Origin: an uncultured bacterium
Lineage (GTDB): Bacteria > Patescibacteriota > Minisyncoccia > UBA6257 > 2-01-FULL-56-20
Length of the DNA stretch: 64,000 nt
Direction: 5' to 3'
Assembly: GCA_963705915.1 (NCBI GenBank)
Contig: OY970126.1
Location: 296,306 to 360,305 of the forward strand
Of this stretch, positions 8,031 to 17,001 are shown piece after piece; position 1 is the stretch's first letter; every line of letters begins with the position of its first letter. Below the pieces are notes generated by a model that was given only the letters and a program-made list of their open reading frames with translations, had not been told where the DNA came from and searched no databases. The position numbers and the translations under genes were made by a program.

Positions 8031-10379
8031 TTACTTGCTCTTCCCTTTCGGAACCGAAAGCTCATTTTGGCTCGCGGGCGCGGAAGACGTTGCGTTCGAT
8101 GGGATTGGTTCCCCTGCCTGCAAGTTCGCGATCGCGGTCTCTATCTGCTGATTCCCAGGATTGAGCTGGAGTGCAAGATCGAATTGCTGAAGCGCTTGAG
8201 CATCAAGCCCTTGAGCCGCATCAACCACACCGAGATAATAGTGGGCATTCGCATAATCGGGCTCAAGAATCGCCGCCACCTGGAACTCCTGTTCAGCCTG
8301 TGCAATTTGGTTGCTTTGATAATCAAGGTAACCAAGCTCAAAAGCCACGCCCGGGTCGAGCGGGTTTTGCTGTTCGAGTTCTTGTACCCGTGAGATTGCC
8401 TGAGCGGTATTTCCCTCTTTTATATATAAATTAATGAGCGCGATGCGGGCATCGGTATAATCGTCTTTGAGCGACAGCGCTTTTTCAAAAAGCGCTTCTG
8501 CCTGGCTCCAGTCGGCGGTTTGGGAGGCGTTACTCAGGGAACCCGCGCTACCCGGTGCGAGACCGGCGGACTCCACAAAGACGCGGCCCATCGCGAGATC
8601 CCACTGAGGGTTCTGTGGATCCAAAGCTGCTGCCTGCCCGTAACTGTTTTCAGCAAGCGTGTCGGCTCCACCGACGAGCGGCATAATACTTTCATATACG
8701 GAGCCAAGATTTCCCCAATTCGCCGCGTCGCGGCCATTAAGCTGAGTGGCTCCTTGCGCGGCCTGCACGGCATTTGCGAGTACCGACGGCAATTCGGCGG
8801 TGCCCGTGGCAGCGTTTTCCGCTATGAGTTGTTGTGCTTCCTGGATTAAAAGTTGTGATGCGCCGCGAAGATACACGTCTGTACGATCAAGCGCAAGTGC
8901 CTGATTCATATCGGCAAAGGCCTGGCTCAGGTTGCCCGACGCTTCTTCGTCGCTCACGCGGCCAAAAAAGATGGCAGCCCCATACCGCTCACCGCCGGCA
9001 TACATCGTGGCGAGCGTCCCTGCGGCAATGATCATGAGTATGATCAATATGAAGAACGAGAAGCTGCGGGGCGCTCCATCAAACGAAATATTCTCCTCGG
9101 GAGCATCAACGAGGAATGCACCGATGAATAGAAAGAAAAGAATACCTTCGGCGAAAAACAGCGGATACAAGAAAAGCGCCAATCCGAGGAACGCCGCCGC
9201 AGAGAGCAGCATCGCGCGATCCGGCGAAAACGATTGGATATCGAGCAACCACCATCCAACAAGACTCAGCAATCCGAGGAACAGGAGCCAGGCAACCAGC
9301 CCCCCCGTGGCGAGCAACGTGAGCACGAAATCGTATCCCTGCATTGGCGTTGTATTCCATAAGCTTGTTTCATTCACACTGACCGGCTTCCATAATGCAA
9401 AATCGAGATAGAATGTCGACGGCCCCGTGCCAACAAGCGATCGCCAACCAAGAAGCGACGGACCGACAGCGTCAAACGTTGCACCGATACTCGGACGGAC
9501 ATCCGGCGGCGCTTGATGAAGCCACGGCAAGCGCGGACCGACGAGCGACAAGAATAACGCCACAACGACAATGATAAATGCATATCGAAATCCCTGGCTC
9601 GTATCCGACGCCGACCGCAGCGCCGCGAGAATAATCGTGAAGAGCGCTACCGCGAGCCATAATAATTGATAATTGATGAGGAGGAGGCCGAGTGCTGCGG
9701 CGCAGGCTATCACCACAAAACTCCATCGCTCAAAACGGGAAAAGGGCTTAGTGCCAGCAACGCCAAGCGCAGCGAGTACGGCAACGAGCAATATCCCCCA
9801 TGCGGCAATCGAGCCGATGGGATTCTGTAACACAGATGATCCGGCTCCAAAAAGCTGCACAAGTCCGATGATTGAAGCGACGAGCAATCCAACACCTGCA
9901 CACAACCCAACGGTCTTCATATCGCGCGGGCGCAAAAAATAATACGTGAGATAACAAATCACGGCGCAGATGATAAGCGCGAGTACTGAATCAGGTTGAT
10001 CAAGCGACCCATAAAAACTTTGTGCGGGAGCGACCGAAGTCCACGCGCTCACAATCTCCGCAAGAATGAAGAGTCCGAGCGTTGGGAAAAACCATGACCG
10101 TGGATATGATAGTGTGCGCTCCTCAAAAACCGCGCCAAGAAAACAAACAAAGGCGGCAGCGGCGAGAAAACCGATCACCATGATCTTGTTAATCCCCACC
10201 GGATCAACCGTTAACGGTAAATAGAAAACGGGCACAAGCAGCGCAATTGCAAAAATGCAAAAACGTCCGATCGATCGAAATGCACGCGCCCGCTCACGGG
10301 GTCGCGGTATATCGCTCGGCGCTGGCGGCGGACCTTCGTAATAGGTTTCCTCGATGATAACGGTTTCTGAAGTGCGCAT
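8031..10379 (-). CDS. O-antigen ligase/Wzy-like polytopic membrane protein fused to C-terminal TPR repeats
   Basis: ORF track 782 aa. It has more than 10 predicted TM helices, followed by a TPR-like repeat region (AEALFEKALSLKDDYTDARIALINLYIKEGNTAQAI... YANAHYYLGVVDAAQGLDAQALQQFDLALQLNPGN). Confidence 0.75.
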   Translation of the reverse strand: MRTSETVIIEETYYEGPPPAPSDIPRPRERARAFRSIGRFCIFAIALLVPVFYLPLTVDPVGINKIMVIGFLAAAAFVCFLGAVFEERTLSYPRSWFFPTLGLFILAEIVSAWTSVAPAQSFYGSLDQPDSVLALIICAVICYLTYYFLRPRDMKTVGLCAGVGLLVASIIGLVQLFGAGSSVLQNPIGSIAAWGILLVAVLAALGVAGTKPFSRFERWSFVVIACAAALGLLLINYQLLWLAVALFTIILAALRSASDTSQGFRYAFIIVVVALFLSLVGPRLPWLHQAPPDVRPSIGATFDAVGPSLLGWRSLVGTGPSTFYLDFALWKPVSVNETSLWNTTPMQGYDFVLTLLATGGLVAWLLFLGLLSLVGWWLLDIQSFSPDRAMLLSAAAFLGLALFLYPLFFAEGILFFLFIGAFLVDAPEENISFDGAPRSFSFFILIILMIIAAGTLATMYAGGERYGAAIFFGRVSDEEASGNLSQAFADMNQALALDRTDVYLRGASQLLIQEAQQLIAENAATGTAELPSVLANAVQAAQGATQLNGRDAANWGNLGSVYESIMPLVGGADTLAENSYGQAAALDPQNPQWDLAMGRVFVESAGLAPGSAGSLSNASQTADWSQAEALFEKALSLKDDYTDARIALINLYIKEGNTAQAISRVQELEQQNPLDPGVAFELGYLDYQSNQIAQAEQEFQVAAILEPDYANAHYYLGVVDAAQGLDAQALQQFDLALQLNPGNQQIETAIANLQAGEPIPSNATSSAPASQNELSVPKGKSK

Positions 10380-10382
10380 GCC

Positions 10383-13300
10383 TTATGTGCCCGAATTATC
10401 GGAAGTTGAAGACGGCGTCGAAGGTGGCGGAGTAGCCGGAGGCGTCGTTGATGCGTCGGTTGAGGTGTCGGTCGATGTGTCAACCTGCGGTGGCGTGGAA
10501 GTTGGTGTGGACGTCGGCGTTGATGGCACGACCGGCAACGTTGACGACGGATCAGTGCTCGTTGTACTGGCGCTCGTTACGTCGGTGCTCGTTGTGCTCG
10601 TGTCCACGGTGTCGTCCGTGCTTGTAGGGTTTGTATCGTCATCGCTCGGCGTGGAGGTCGCCGTTGATGTTGGTGTTATTACCGGTGTGGGCATTGGTGT
10701 TGGCGGCGCAACAGGAGTCGATGCGGGCGGCGGCGTCTGTGATCCTGTTTGATTCTGCAACAATCCTTGAAGCTGGTTGCTTGTGATACACGTTTCCTGA
10801 ATGCAAAGGAGGTTGGTCGTCACCCGATCCACGACGATGCCCTTAAGCGTTGCAATGCCGTCGCTCACAAAAATGCCCATATTTGAGAGCGCCGCCTGGA
10901 CGTATTGGGTTACCTCGGCGAGAACCGACTGGTCTCCATTTGAAATAACGGCGGGGATACCGACCATCGTACTGCTTGCGTCGTCATTGCCGGGCGCCCA
11001 GTGTGGATTCACAAAAACTAAGATCTCCGGCGTCGATGTGGCGGTGGACGAAGTGTCCGCGTCAGCACCATCGTCGCCACTGTACGCCTGAAGCGCCTCA
11101 CCGATCACCATGCCAGGACCAATCGCCTTCACGGCAACGCCGGGTTCGATGGTCGAAGCCGCGAGTAAATCGCCAGGGTTGATCGGCCCATTTTCTGCAG
11201 AAACTTTCACGGGAACCCTGCCGGCAAGCGCAATGACCGCCTCTGTTGATGTTGTGAGCGATTCGTTATCACCAGCAATGTATGTTTCGCCGTTATCAAA
11301 GACAACGCCAGGATTCGTTGAAACGACGCCGATCACCGTCTCGTCATCTCCGCCACGAGATTTGGCAAGGCCCGGAATCGCGTCTTCGTCGGTTGTTGTT
11401 GCATCGGTGGTTGTTGCATCATGCGGGATCGCCACAACATCGCCCGGCTCCGTTGGTTCGATCGTGGGATACGCTTCGGCCAAGTCCATATTGCATGAGC
11501 CGCTCGTCGTGGCGTTGAATCCCCCGCTCGAGAGACACTGGCCGTAAAATCCTCCGCCGGCGTCCACCACGCCGTTCACATAGAGCATTGCACTACTTGT
11601 CGTCGTCGTTCCGATGCTGAGATTACCGGTTGAACTCGAAATGAAAATCGTTGACGTCGCCGAAAGTGTGCTCGTCGAGGTGTAGTACGGGAAATAATAA
11701 TCGACGCTCGTCGCGGAAGTACCGACGCCACCGGTGACGTTTGAAACGACCGTGGTCGTCGCGCCATAGTATTCCGTTTGCACCGAATTCACCGTGGAAG
11801 ATTCTGCCGTGGCCGAAGAGAGACGAACATCGATTTCCAGTGTTTGGTTTGAGGTCGAATCAATGCTCACAACACCGCCAGCCTGAAGTGTTGTGCCAAC
11901 CGCAGTGCTACTTGCGGTTCCAATGGTTGCAATATAATTTCCGATTTGGTTGTTTGTCGTCCCAGAAGCGTTTGATAAATTAAATTGCGCCGTCCAACCC
12001 GCTGGGTTTGCTGAGGCGGTTATGTTCGCACTTGTTGAGCTCGCCACAAGCTGCCCGCCATAATACATGAGCCATCCAATGCCGTGCGTGGTGGGAACTT
12101 TGAGCGTTCCGAACATCGTGACCTGGATAAAGCCTCCTGCCGTTCCGAGCGTATTGCCCGGAACGGTGTATTTATAAACCGATGTCGAGGCCGCTGTTCC
12201 CTGCACGTTCACAACCGTCGTTGTTGCGTTAAGTTGCTCTGCGTAGGTAACCGTCGATGTCGTCACGGTGAAGCTGCCGCTTGTACAACCGCACTGCGCC
12301 AAAGAAAGGCTCCCACCGGAAAGCGTGAGTCCATTACCGATACCAAGCGCACCGACCGCGCCGCTGCCGTTTGCGTAAAGGACGGACGAAAGCTGGCTCG
12401 TGATTGAAAGGTTGGTTGTTGTGACGTTCCCAAGGACGGTTGTTGACGCGAGCGACACCAAGCCGCCCGATTGATTGAACGCGCCGACCACGTTCAGTTT
12501 GCCGTTGTCAGTCGAGGTTCCGATGGCGGTATCGCCGGAAACAATAAGGCCGTTTGAAGGTGCCGCCGCGCCCCCGTTGCCAGCATACGAACCAATCGAT
12601 GCATTGCCCCCAACATCGAGCGTGCTCTTGATGATGCCCGGGGTATTGCTGTTCGGATCAATAATGGTCTGCCCGTCGGGAGCAACCATGATCGCGGGGT
12701 TGCCCACGGTATATGCTCCAGAACTTGACGCCAAATGATAAAGATCCCACGAGCTGCCGCCTGTTGCCCCTGTCTTGGATTCGATGAGGCTAAAAATCCA
12801 CCCGTCTTTATTGTGATCAATTGCATTCCAGGTAGAACCCGAAGCGTTGAAATAAGCATTTCCTTCCATATAAGAATAAAAGTTGCCGTTGTTGGAAGTT
12901 TGATCGAGGGCGAGCAATCCGGTGTTTCCGCCCGTCGCATCTCCAACGTCTATGTCACCTTGGCCAGACGACGCGTTCCCGTAAGCCCACAAGCCCGTTG
13001 ACGTTGCGGCGAACGGCCACGTGGCACTTCCAATAATGATGTCACCGGCAGAGGTCTCGTAGAGTGATGACGTTGCCGATACCGTACTCGAGCCGGACGT
13101 TGCCCACGTCATAAATTGATTCGCAACGATGCTTGAGGTGCTGTTCGCAAATACATTACCTCCGCCGCAACCAACGGAAGCGATGGTGCCGCTTGCGTTC
13201 GTTCCAAGGCACTGTGCTGATGCAACACCGGTGATGGTCACATTCGTTGTCGTCACATTACCGTTTGCGCCGAGTTGGAATTTAGTTGAACTGTTAACTT

Positions 13301-14138
13301 CAAAATTTATAAAATCTTGCTTAGATCCGGATACAATGTTCGCACCAAGGAATGTGCCGGACGCATTGCCGCCGGTGATGTAATTATTGCCAAGAAGAAC
13401 AAGCGTTGACGTTGTCGATTGCACCGGCAGGCCAGCGACCGAGAAAGCCGAATACGGCGACGAAGTGCCGATTCCCACAAAACCGCTATTGGCGACACTG
13501 AAGATGGGCGTCGCTGTCGCAACATAAAGGATATCGCCAGCGGGGTTCGTTGTTGTTCCTAAATTGAAATCAGAATTAATTTGCGCTGCATTCAACGTTA
13601 CGACTCCAGAGGATGACACGTCGAACTGACTGGAGCTATTCACTTCAAAATTCACAAAGTCGCCGTTGTATCCCGACGGTGCGTTCGCACCAAGGAATGT
13701 GCCGGACGCATTGCCGCCGGTGATGTAGTTATTGCCCAAAAGCACGAGTGTCGAGGTGGACCCTTGCACCGGCATACCGGCGACAGAGAGATCAGAGTAC
13801 GGCGCAGACGTACCTACGCCAAAATTTCCGTTCGTCGTATTCAAATAAAGAAGCGAGGTGTTTGCGGTGATCGTTCCGCTCGTGTCGTTATCAAAGAGAA
13901 CACCACCGACGGGAAGCGTGGTTGTCGAAAAAAGCGGCGGCTGGACGGTGCAGTTTGTGCTCGTTGGCGCGCAACCAGGGTCGAGCGTCTCCCCTGGCGT
14001 GAAAGGACTCCCCGGCGGATCAGCAAAAACGTGCTGGAGGGCAAAAGAAAACACGAGATAGAACCCACAAGCAATGGCACAAAATAACAAAAACCGGCTC
14101 TTTGCCTGATGGGGAGTTTTTTGAGGGTTTACGGTCAT
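10383..14138 (-). CDS. giant membrane-anchored surface protein with tandem ~110-aa repeats and Thr/Pro/Ser-rich C-terminal tail
   Basis: ORF track 1251 aa with an N-terminal TM segment (FLLFCAIACGFYLVFSFAL). The unit STLVLLGNNYITGGNASGTFLGAN...FVNFEVNSS is repeated in tandem. The C-terminal ~130 aa are T/P/S/D low complexity. Confidence 0.8.
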   Translation of the reverse strand: MTVNPQKTPHQAKSRFLLFCAIACGFYLVFSFALQHVFADPPGSPFTPGETLDPGCAPTSTNCTVQPPLFSTTTLPVGGVLFDNDTSGTITANTSLLYLNTTNGNFGVGTSAPYSDLSVAGMPVQGSTSTLVLLGNNYITGGNASGTFLGANAPSGYNGDFVNFEVNSSSQFDVSSSGVVTLNAAQINSDFNLGTTTNPAGDILYVATATPIFSVANSGFVGIGTSSPYSAFSVAGLPVQSTTSTLVLLGNNYITGGNASGTFLGANIVSGSKQDFINFEVNSSTKFQLGANGNVTTTNVTITGVASAQCLGTNASGTIASVGCGGGNVFANSTSSIVANQFMTWATSGSSTVSATSSLYETSAGDIIIGSATWPFAATSTGLWAYGNASSGQGDIDVGDATGGNTGLLALDQTSNNGNFYSYMEGNAYFNASGSTWNAIDHNKDGWIFSLIESKTGATGGSSWDLYHLASSSGAYTVGNPAIMVAPDGQTIIDPNSNTPGIIKSTLDVGGNASIGSYAGNGGAAAPSNGLIVSGDTAIGTSTDNGKLNVVGAFNQSGGLVSLASTTVLGNVTTTNLSITSQLSSVLYANGSGAVGALGIGNGLTLSGGSLSLAQCGCTSGSFTVTTSTVTYAEQLNATTTVVNVQGTAASTSVYKYTVPGNTLGTAGGFIQVTMFGTLKVPTTHGIGWLMYYGGQLVASSTSANITASANPAGWTAQFNLSNASGTTNNQIGNYIATIGTASSTAVGTTLQAGGVVSIDSTSNQTLEIDVRLSSATAESSTVNSVQTEYYGATTTVVSNVTGGVGTSATSVDYYFPYYTSTSTLSATSTIFISSSTGNLSIGTTTTSSAMLYVNGVVDAGGGFYGQCLSSGGFNATTSGSCNMDLAEAYPTIEPTEPGDVVAIPHDATTTDATTTDEDAIPGLAKSRGGDDETVIGVVSTNPGVVFDNGETYIAGDNESLTTSTEAVIALAGRVPVKVSAENGPINPGDLLAASTIEPGVAVKAIGPGMVIGEALQAYSGDDGADADTSSTATSTPEILVFVNPHWAPGNDDASSTMVGIPAVISNGDQSVLAEVTQYVQAALSNMGIFVSDGIATLKGIVVDRVTTNLLCIQETCITSNQLQGLLQNQTGSQTPPPASTPVAPPTPMPTPVITPTSTATSTPSDDDTNPTSTDDTVDTSTTSTDVTSASTTSTDPSSTLPVVPSTPTSTPTSTPPQVDTSTDTSTDASTTPPATPPPSTPSSTSDNSGT
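13290..13730 (-). repeat. tandem direct repeat (~345-bp unit, 2 copies, diverged) inside the 10383..14138 CDS
   Basis: 13290-13470 and 13620-13800 share long identical stretches, for example gcaccaaggaatgtgccggacgcattgccgccggtgatgta.ttattgcc.aaaag.ac.ag. Coordinates are approximate. Confidence 0.6.
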
Positions 14139-14189
14139 AGATACAACGAACTACGCAAGGCAGACTTTGCCTTACCTTAATTGTACCAA

Positions 14190-14212
14190 GAAAAACCACA
14201 TATTTTCTGTGG
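14190..14212 (-). terminator. weak candidate intrinsic terminator downstream of sodA
   Basis: Minus-strand RNA CCACAGAAAAUAUGUGG followed by UUUUUC; 5-bp stem only. Confidence 0.3.
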
Positions 14213-14260
14213 AAAAGAGCCTTCTCAAGATTAAGTCCTCAAATGAGAGCCAATATCGAG

Positions 14261-14863
14261 CTATTTTTTGAAATTTTTGTCCACAGCCTCCCAATGTACC
14301 ACGCTCCACCACGCCTCAATATAGTCCGGACGCTTGTTTTGATGCTTGAGATAATAGGCGTGCTCCCAAACGTCGAGCCCAAGAATTGGCGTCTGGTTTT
14401 TCATGATTGGGCTGTCTTGGTTCGGAGTCGTCACCACCGCGAGACTTCCCTTGTCGAGCACGAGCCACGCCCATCCGGATCCAAAAACTCCAGCGGCAGC
14501 TTTCGTGAATTCTTCTTTGAACTTGGCGAAGTCGCCGAATGATTTTTTTATTTTATCCGCGAGGTTGCCCGTCGGCTCACCGCCCTCTTTTGGCCCCATG
14601 ATCGTCCAGAAAAAAGAATGATTCGCGTGTCCCCCGCCATGATTTCTTACCGCAGTGCGAATATCCTCCGGCACCGAGTCGATCGAGCTGAGCAATTCCG
14701 CGAGCGGTTTATCCGCAACCTCTGGATGCTTATCGAGCGCTTCGTTCAACTTTGTGACGTACGTTTGATGATGCTTTGTGTGGTGGATTTCCATTGTCTT
14801 CGCATCGATGTATGGTTCGAGCGCATCGTAGGCATAGGACAGTTTTGGAAGTTCATATTTCAT
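14261..14863 (-). CDS. sodA: Fe/Mn superoxide dismutase
   Basis: ORF track 200 aa: [36 protein letters not shown] ... [28 protein letters not shown]. These are canonical Fe/Mn-SOD motifs. Confidence 0.95.
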   Translation of the reverse strand: MKYELPKLSYAYDALEPYIDAKTMEIHHTKHHQTYVTKLNEALDKHPEVADKPLAELLSSIDSVPEDIRTAVRNHGGGHANHSFFWTIMGPKEGGEPTGNLADKIKKSFGDFAKFKEEFTKAAAGVFGSGWAWLVLDKGSLAVVTTPNQDSPIMKNQTPILGLDVWEHAYYLKHQNKRPDYIEAWWSVVHWEAVDKNFKK

Positions 14864-14932
14864 GATTTTAATGATATTTTTCTTGCGGCGTCTATAATTC
14901 TATAATACACTATACGCGGTCGTTCGTTTCAT

Positions 14933-15003
14933 TGGGGGGTCGTCTAACGGTAGGACATGGGACTTTGAATCCCAGAATAAAGGTCCGACTCCTTTCCCCC
15001 CAG
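14933..15003 (+). tRNA. tRNA-Gln (anticodon UUG); unusual T-loop
   Basis: Hand-folded: acceptor UGGGGGG/CCCCCCA (U1-A72), discriminator G73, D-stem GUC/GAC, anticodon stem UGGGA/UCCCA with loop CUUUGAA, T-stem AAAGG/CCUUU. The T-loop UCCGACU is non-canonical (C55). No encoded CCA. Confidence 0.6.
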
Positions 15004-15036
15004 CTCTCTTGTGGATCGACTCGACTGGGAATTGAG

Positions 15037-15255
15037 CTAAAGCTTCTCCCGGAGAAACTCAAAAACGATATAGCCGATAAAGGCGGCGACAATTGCGATG
15101 ATAACATTAGTCACGCTAAAAATATCTTTCAGTGCAACGATTAAGGGTTTTCCATATCCCCTACTACGCGTGTACTCTCCCATCAAAAGATTGGCATAGA
15201 AAAGGAAGATAATAAAAGCCATTTCAACTACCGCTCTGCGGATCTTGTTTTTCAT
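15037..15255 (-). CDS. small two-TM membrane protein, directly downstream of truncated kdpD
   Basis: ORF track 72 aa with two hydrophobic helices. Its start is 9 nt below the kdpD stop. Confidence 0.45.
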   Translation of the reverse strand: MKNKIRRAVVEMAFIIFLFYANLLMGEYTRSRGYGKPLIVALKDIFSVTNVIIAIVAAFIGYIVFEFLREKL

Positions 15256-15263
15256 AGAAATCT

Positions 15264-16376
15264 TTAAATCATGACGATATGCACCTCCGGCAAATTCTGA
15301 ATGAGAAGTTCGGTAATCGATGTATGGAACTTGCCGAATAATGCTTTTTTTCTCGGATGGCCTTGCACGAGATGCGTGACCCCGTTCGCGTGGACGAACT
15401 GTATGAGGGATTGAGCGATGTTGTCGTCTTTCAAGGTAATCATCTCCGCCCCCATGCTTTCGGCAAGCTTCATGATCGCCGCGATCTCATCGTGATGGGG
15501 AGCAAGCGCCTTGCTTTCATCCGCGGCAGTCGAGACATGGACGACATACCACGTCGCGTTCAGCTGCGAAGCCAATCGCGATGCGCTCCGCAGAATCGCT
15601 TCCGCATTCGGTTCCCCGCCGCGAATCCGCACCATTACCTTGTTCAATGCGCTCGGTTTTACGGCGACGTTGAATCTTTCACGCTGCCGTTTGTCGAGAA
15701 GGTTGGCCATCTCGCTCAGCGTAAGCTCTCGCAGCCTCGTAAGATTCTTTGGCGTGAAAAAATTGTTAAGCGCCGTGTCGATGCGGTCAAGCTTGTATAT
15801 TTTGCCGTCTCTCAACCGTTCGATCAGATCATCGGCCTCAATATCGACATTGGTGATGAGGTCGGCCTGTGCCACGACGGAATCGGGAATGCGCTCGGCG
15901 ACCTTAACTCCAGTGGCTTCTTCCACAATATTATAGAGTGATTCAAGATGTTGGATATTGAGTGTCGTAATGACGTTGATACCCGCACCCAGTAATTCTT
16001 CAACGTCCTCGTATCGTTTTTTGTTCTTGCTGCCGGGGGCGTTCGTATGCGCGAGTTCGTCCACCAAAACCACGGTCGGATGTCTTTTAATGACGGCATA
16101 GACATCCATCTCTTTTAGCTCCAAGTTGCCGTGCCTCACAATTCTTGGCGGGACAATCTCCAAACCTTCCGCCTTCACCATTGTGTCGGGGCGGTCATGA
16201 GGCTCCACATAGCCGATAACCACATCCGTGCCGATCTCTTTCAGATGCTGCGCCTTCAAAAGCATGCGGTAGGTTTTTCCAACGCCCGCCGCCGAGCCGA
16301 GATAGACCTTTAGATAGCCACGCTTCTTGCGCTCGCTGAGCTTCAAAATATCGTCGGACGCTTTGCCATTATCCAT
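15264..16376 (-). CDS. kdpD: truncated KdpD: N-terminal KdpD sensor domain plus USP domain only (no TM region, no histidine kinase)
   Basis: ORF track 370 aa: LKVYLGSAAGVGKTYRMLLKAQHL...VVLVDELAHTN (KdpD N-terminal P-loop region), then a USP-like C-terminal half. The ORF ends without HisKA/HATPase domains. Confidence 0.85.
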   Translation of the reverse strand: MDNGKASDDILKLSERKKRGYLKVYLGSAAGVGKTYRMLLKAQHLKEIGTDVVIGYVEPHDRPDTMVKAEGLEIVPPRIVRHGNLELKEMDVYAVIKRHPTVVLVDELAHTNAPGSKNKKRYEDVEELLGAGINVITTLNIQHLESLYNIVEEATGVKVAERIPDSVVAQADLITNVDIEADDLIERLRDGKIYKLDRIDTALNNFFTPKNLTRLRELTLSEMANLLDKRQRERFNVAVKPSALNKVMVRIRGGEPNAEAILRSASRLASQLNATWYVVHVSTAADESKALAPHHDEIAAIMKLAESMGAEMITLKDDNIAQSLIQFVHANGVTHLVQGHPRKKALFGKFHTSITELLIQNLPEVHIVMI

Positions 16377-16399
16377 GTCTACATCATATCAGTCCCTGC

Positions 16400-16996
16400 C
16401 TATTTCTGTATCGGGTATTTTTGGTCGAGCGCCATGTTGAGCATAAGAACGTTCACACCTGGCTCGCCGAAGACATCAATGCTCCTTCCGTCGATATTCT
16501 CATTGATCAGCGCTTGAATGTTCGCGAGGCTGGTATTCCTCGCTTTCGCGACGATGGGTGCTTGAATCGCCGCATTCGCCAAACTGATCTCTGGATCAAG
16601 GCCGCTTGCGGAACCGGTCACGGCGTCCGCAGGTACGGGAGTGGACGTCGAAAGATCGTACTGCGTCCGATATGCCGCAATAGCCTGCTGAATCGTCGTT
16701 GCAAGTTTCTGTGAGGTGGGACCAAGATTGCTGCCACCGGAAGCCGTCGGATCATATCCAGCACCAGCATACGAAGGACGCGAATTGAAATATTGGGGTC
16801 CGGTGAATGTCTGCCCGATAAGCTCCGAGCCAATCACTTGTCCTTGGCCATTCGTAATCAAGCTGCCGTTCGCTTGGGAGGGAAAAAGCGCCTGGCCGAA
16901 GGCCCATACGACGAGCGGATAGACGCCACAGCATATGACCGCGAAGACCAACGTTGCGATGATCGATAATTTGAGTTGTTGAAGGATTTCTTTCAT
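16400..16996 (-). CDS. kdpC: K+-transporting ATPase subunit C
   Basis: ORF track 198 aa, N-terminal TM, KdpC-like. Sits in a kdpFABC arrangement. Confidence 0.9.
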   Translation of the reverse strand: MKEILQQLKLSIIATLVFAVICCGVYPLVVWAFGQALFPSQANGSLITNGQGQVIGSELIGQTFTGPQYFNSRPSYAGAGYDPTASGGSNLGPTSQKLATTIQQAIAAYRTQYDLSTSTPVPADAVTGSASGLDPEISLANAAIQAPIVAKARNTSLANIQALINENIDGRSIDVFGEPGVNVLMLNMALDQKYPIQK

Positions 16997-17001
16997 TGGA
17001 T

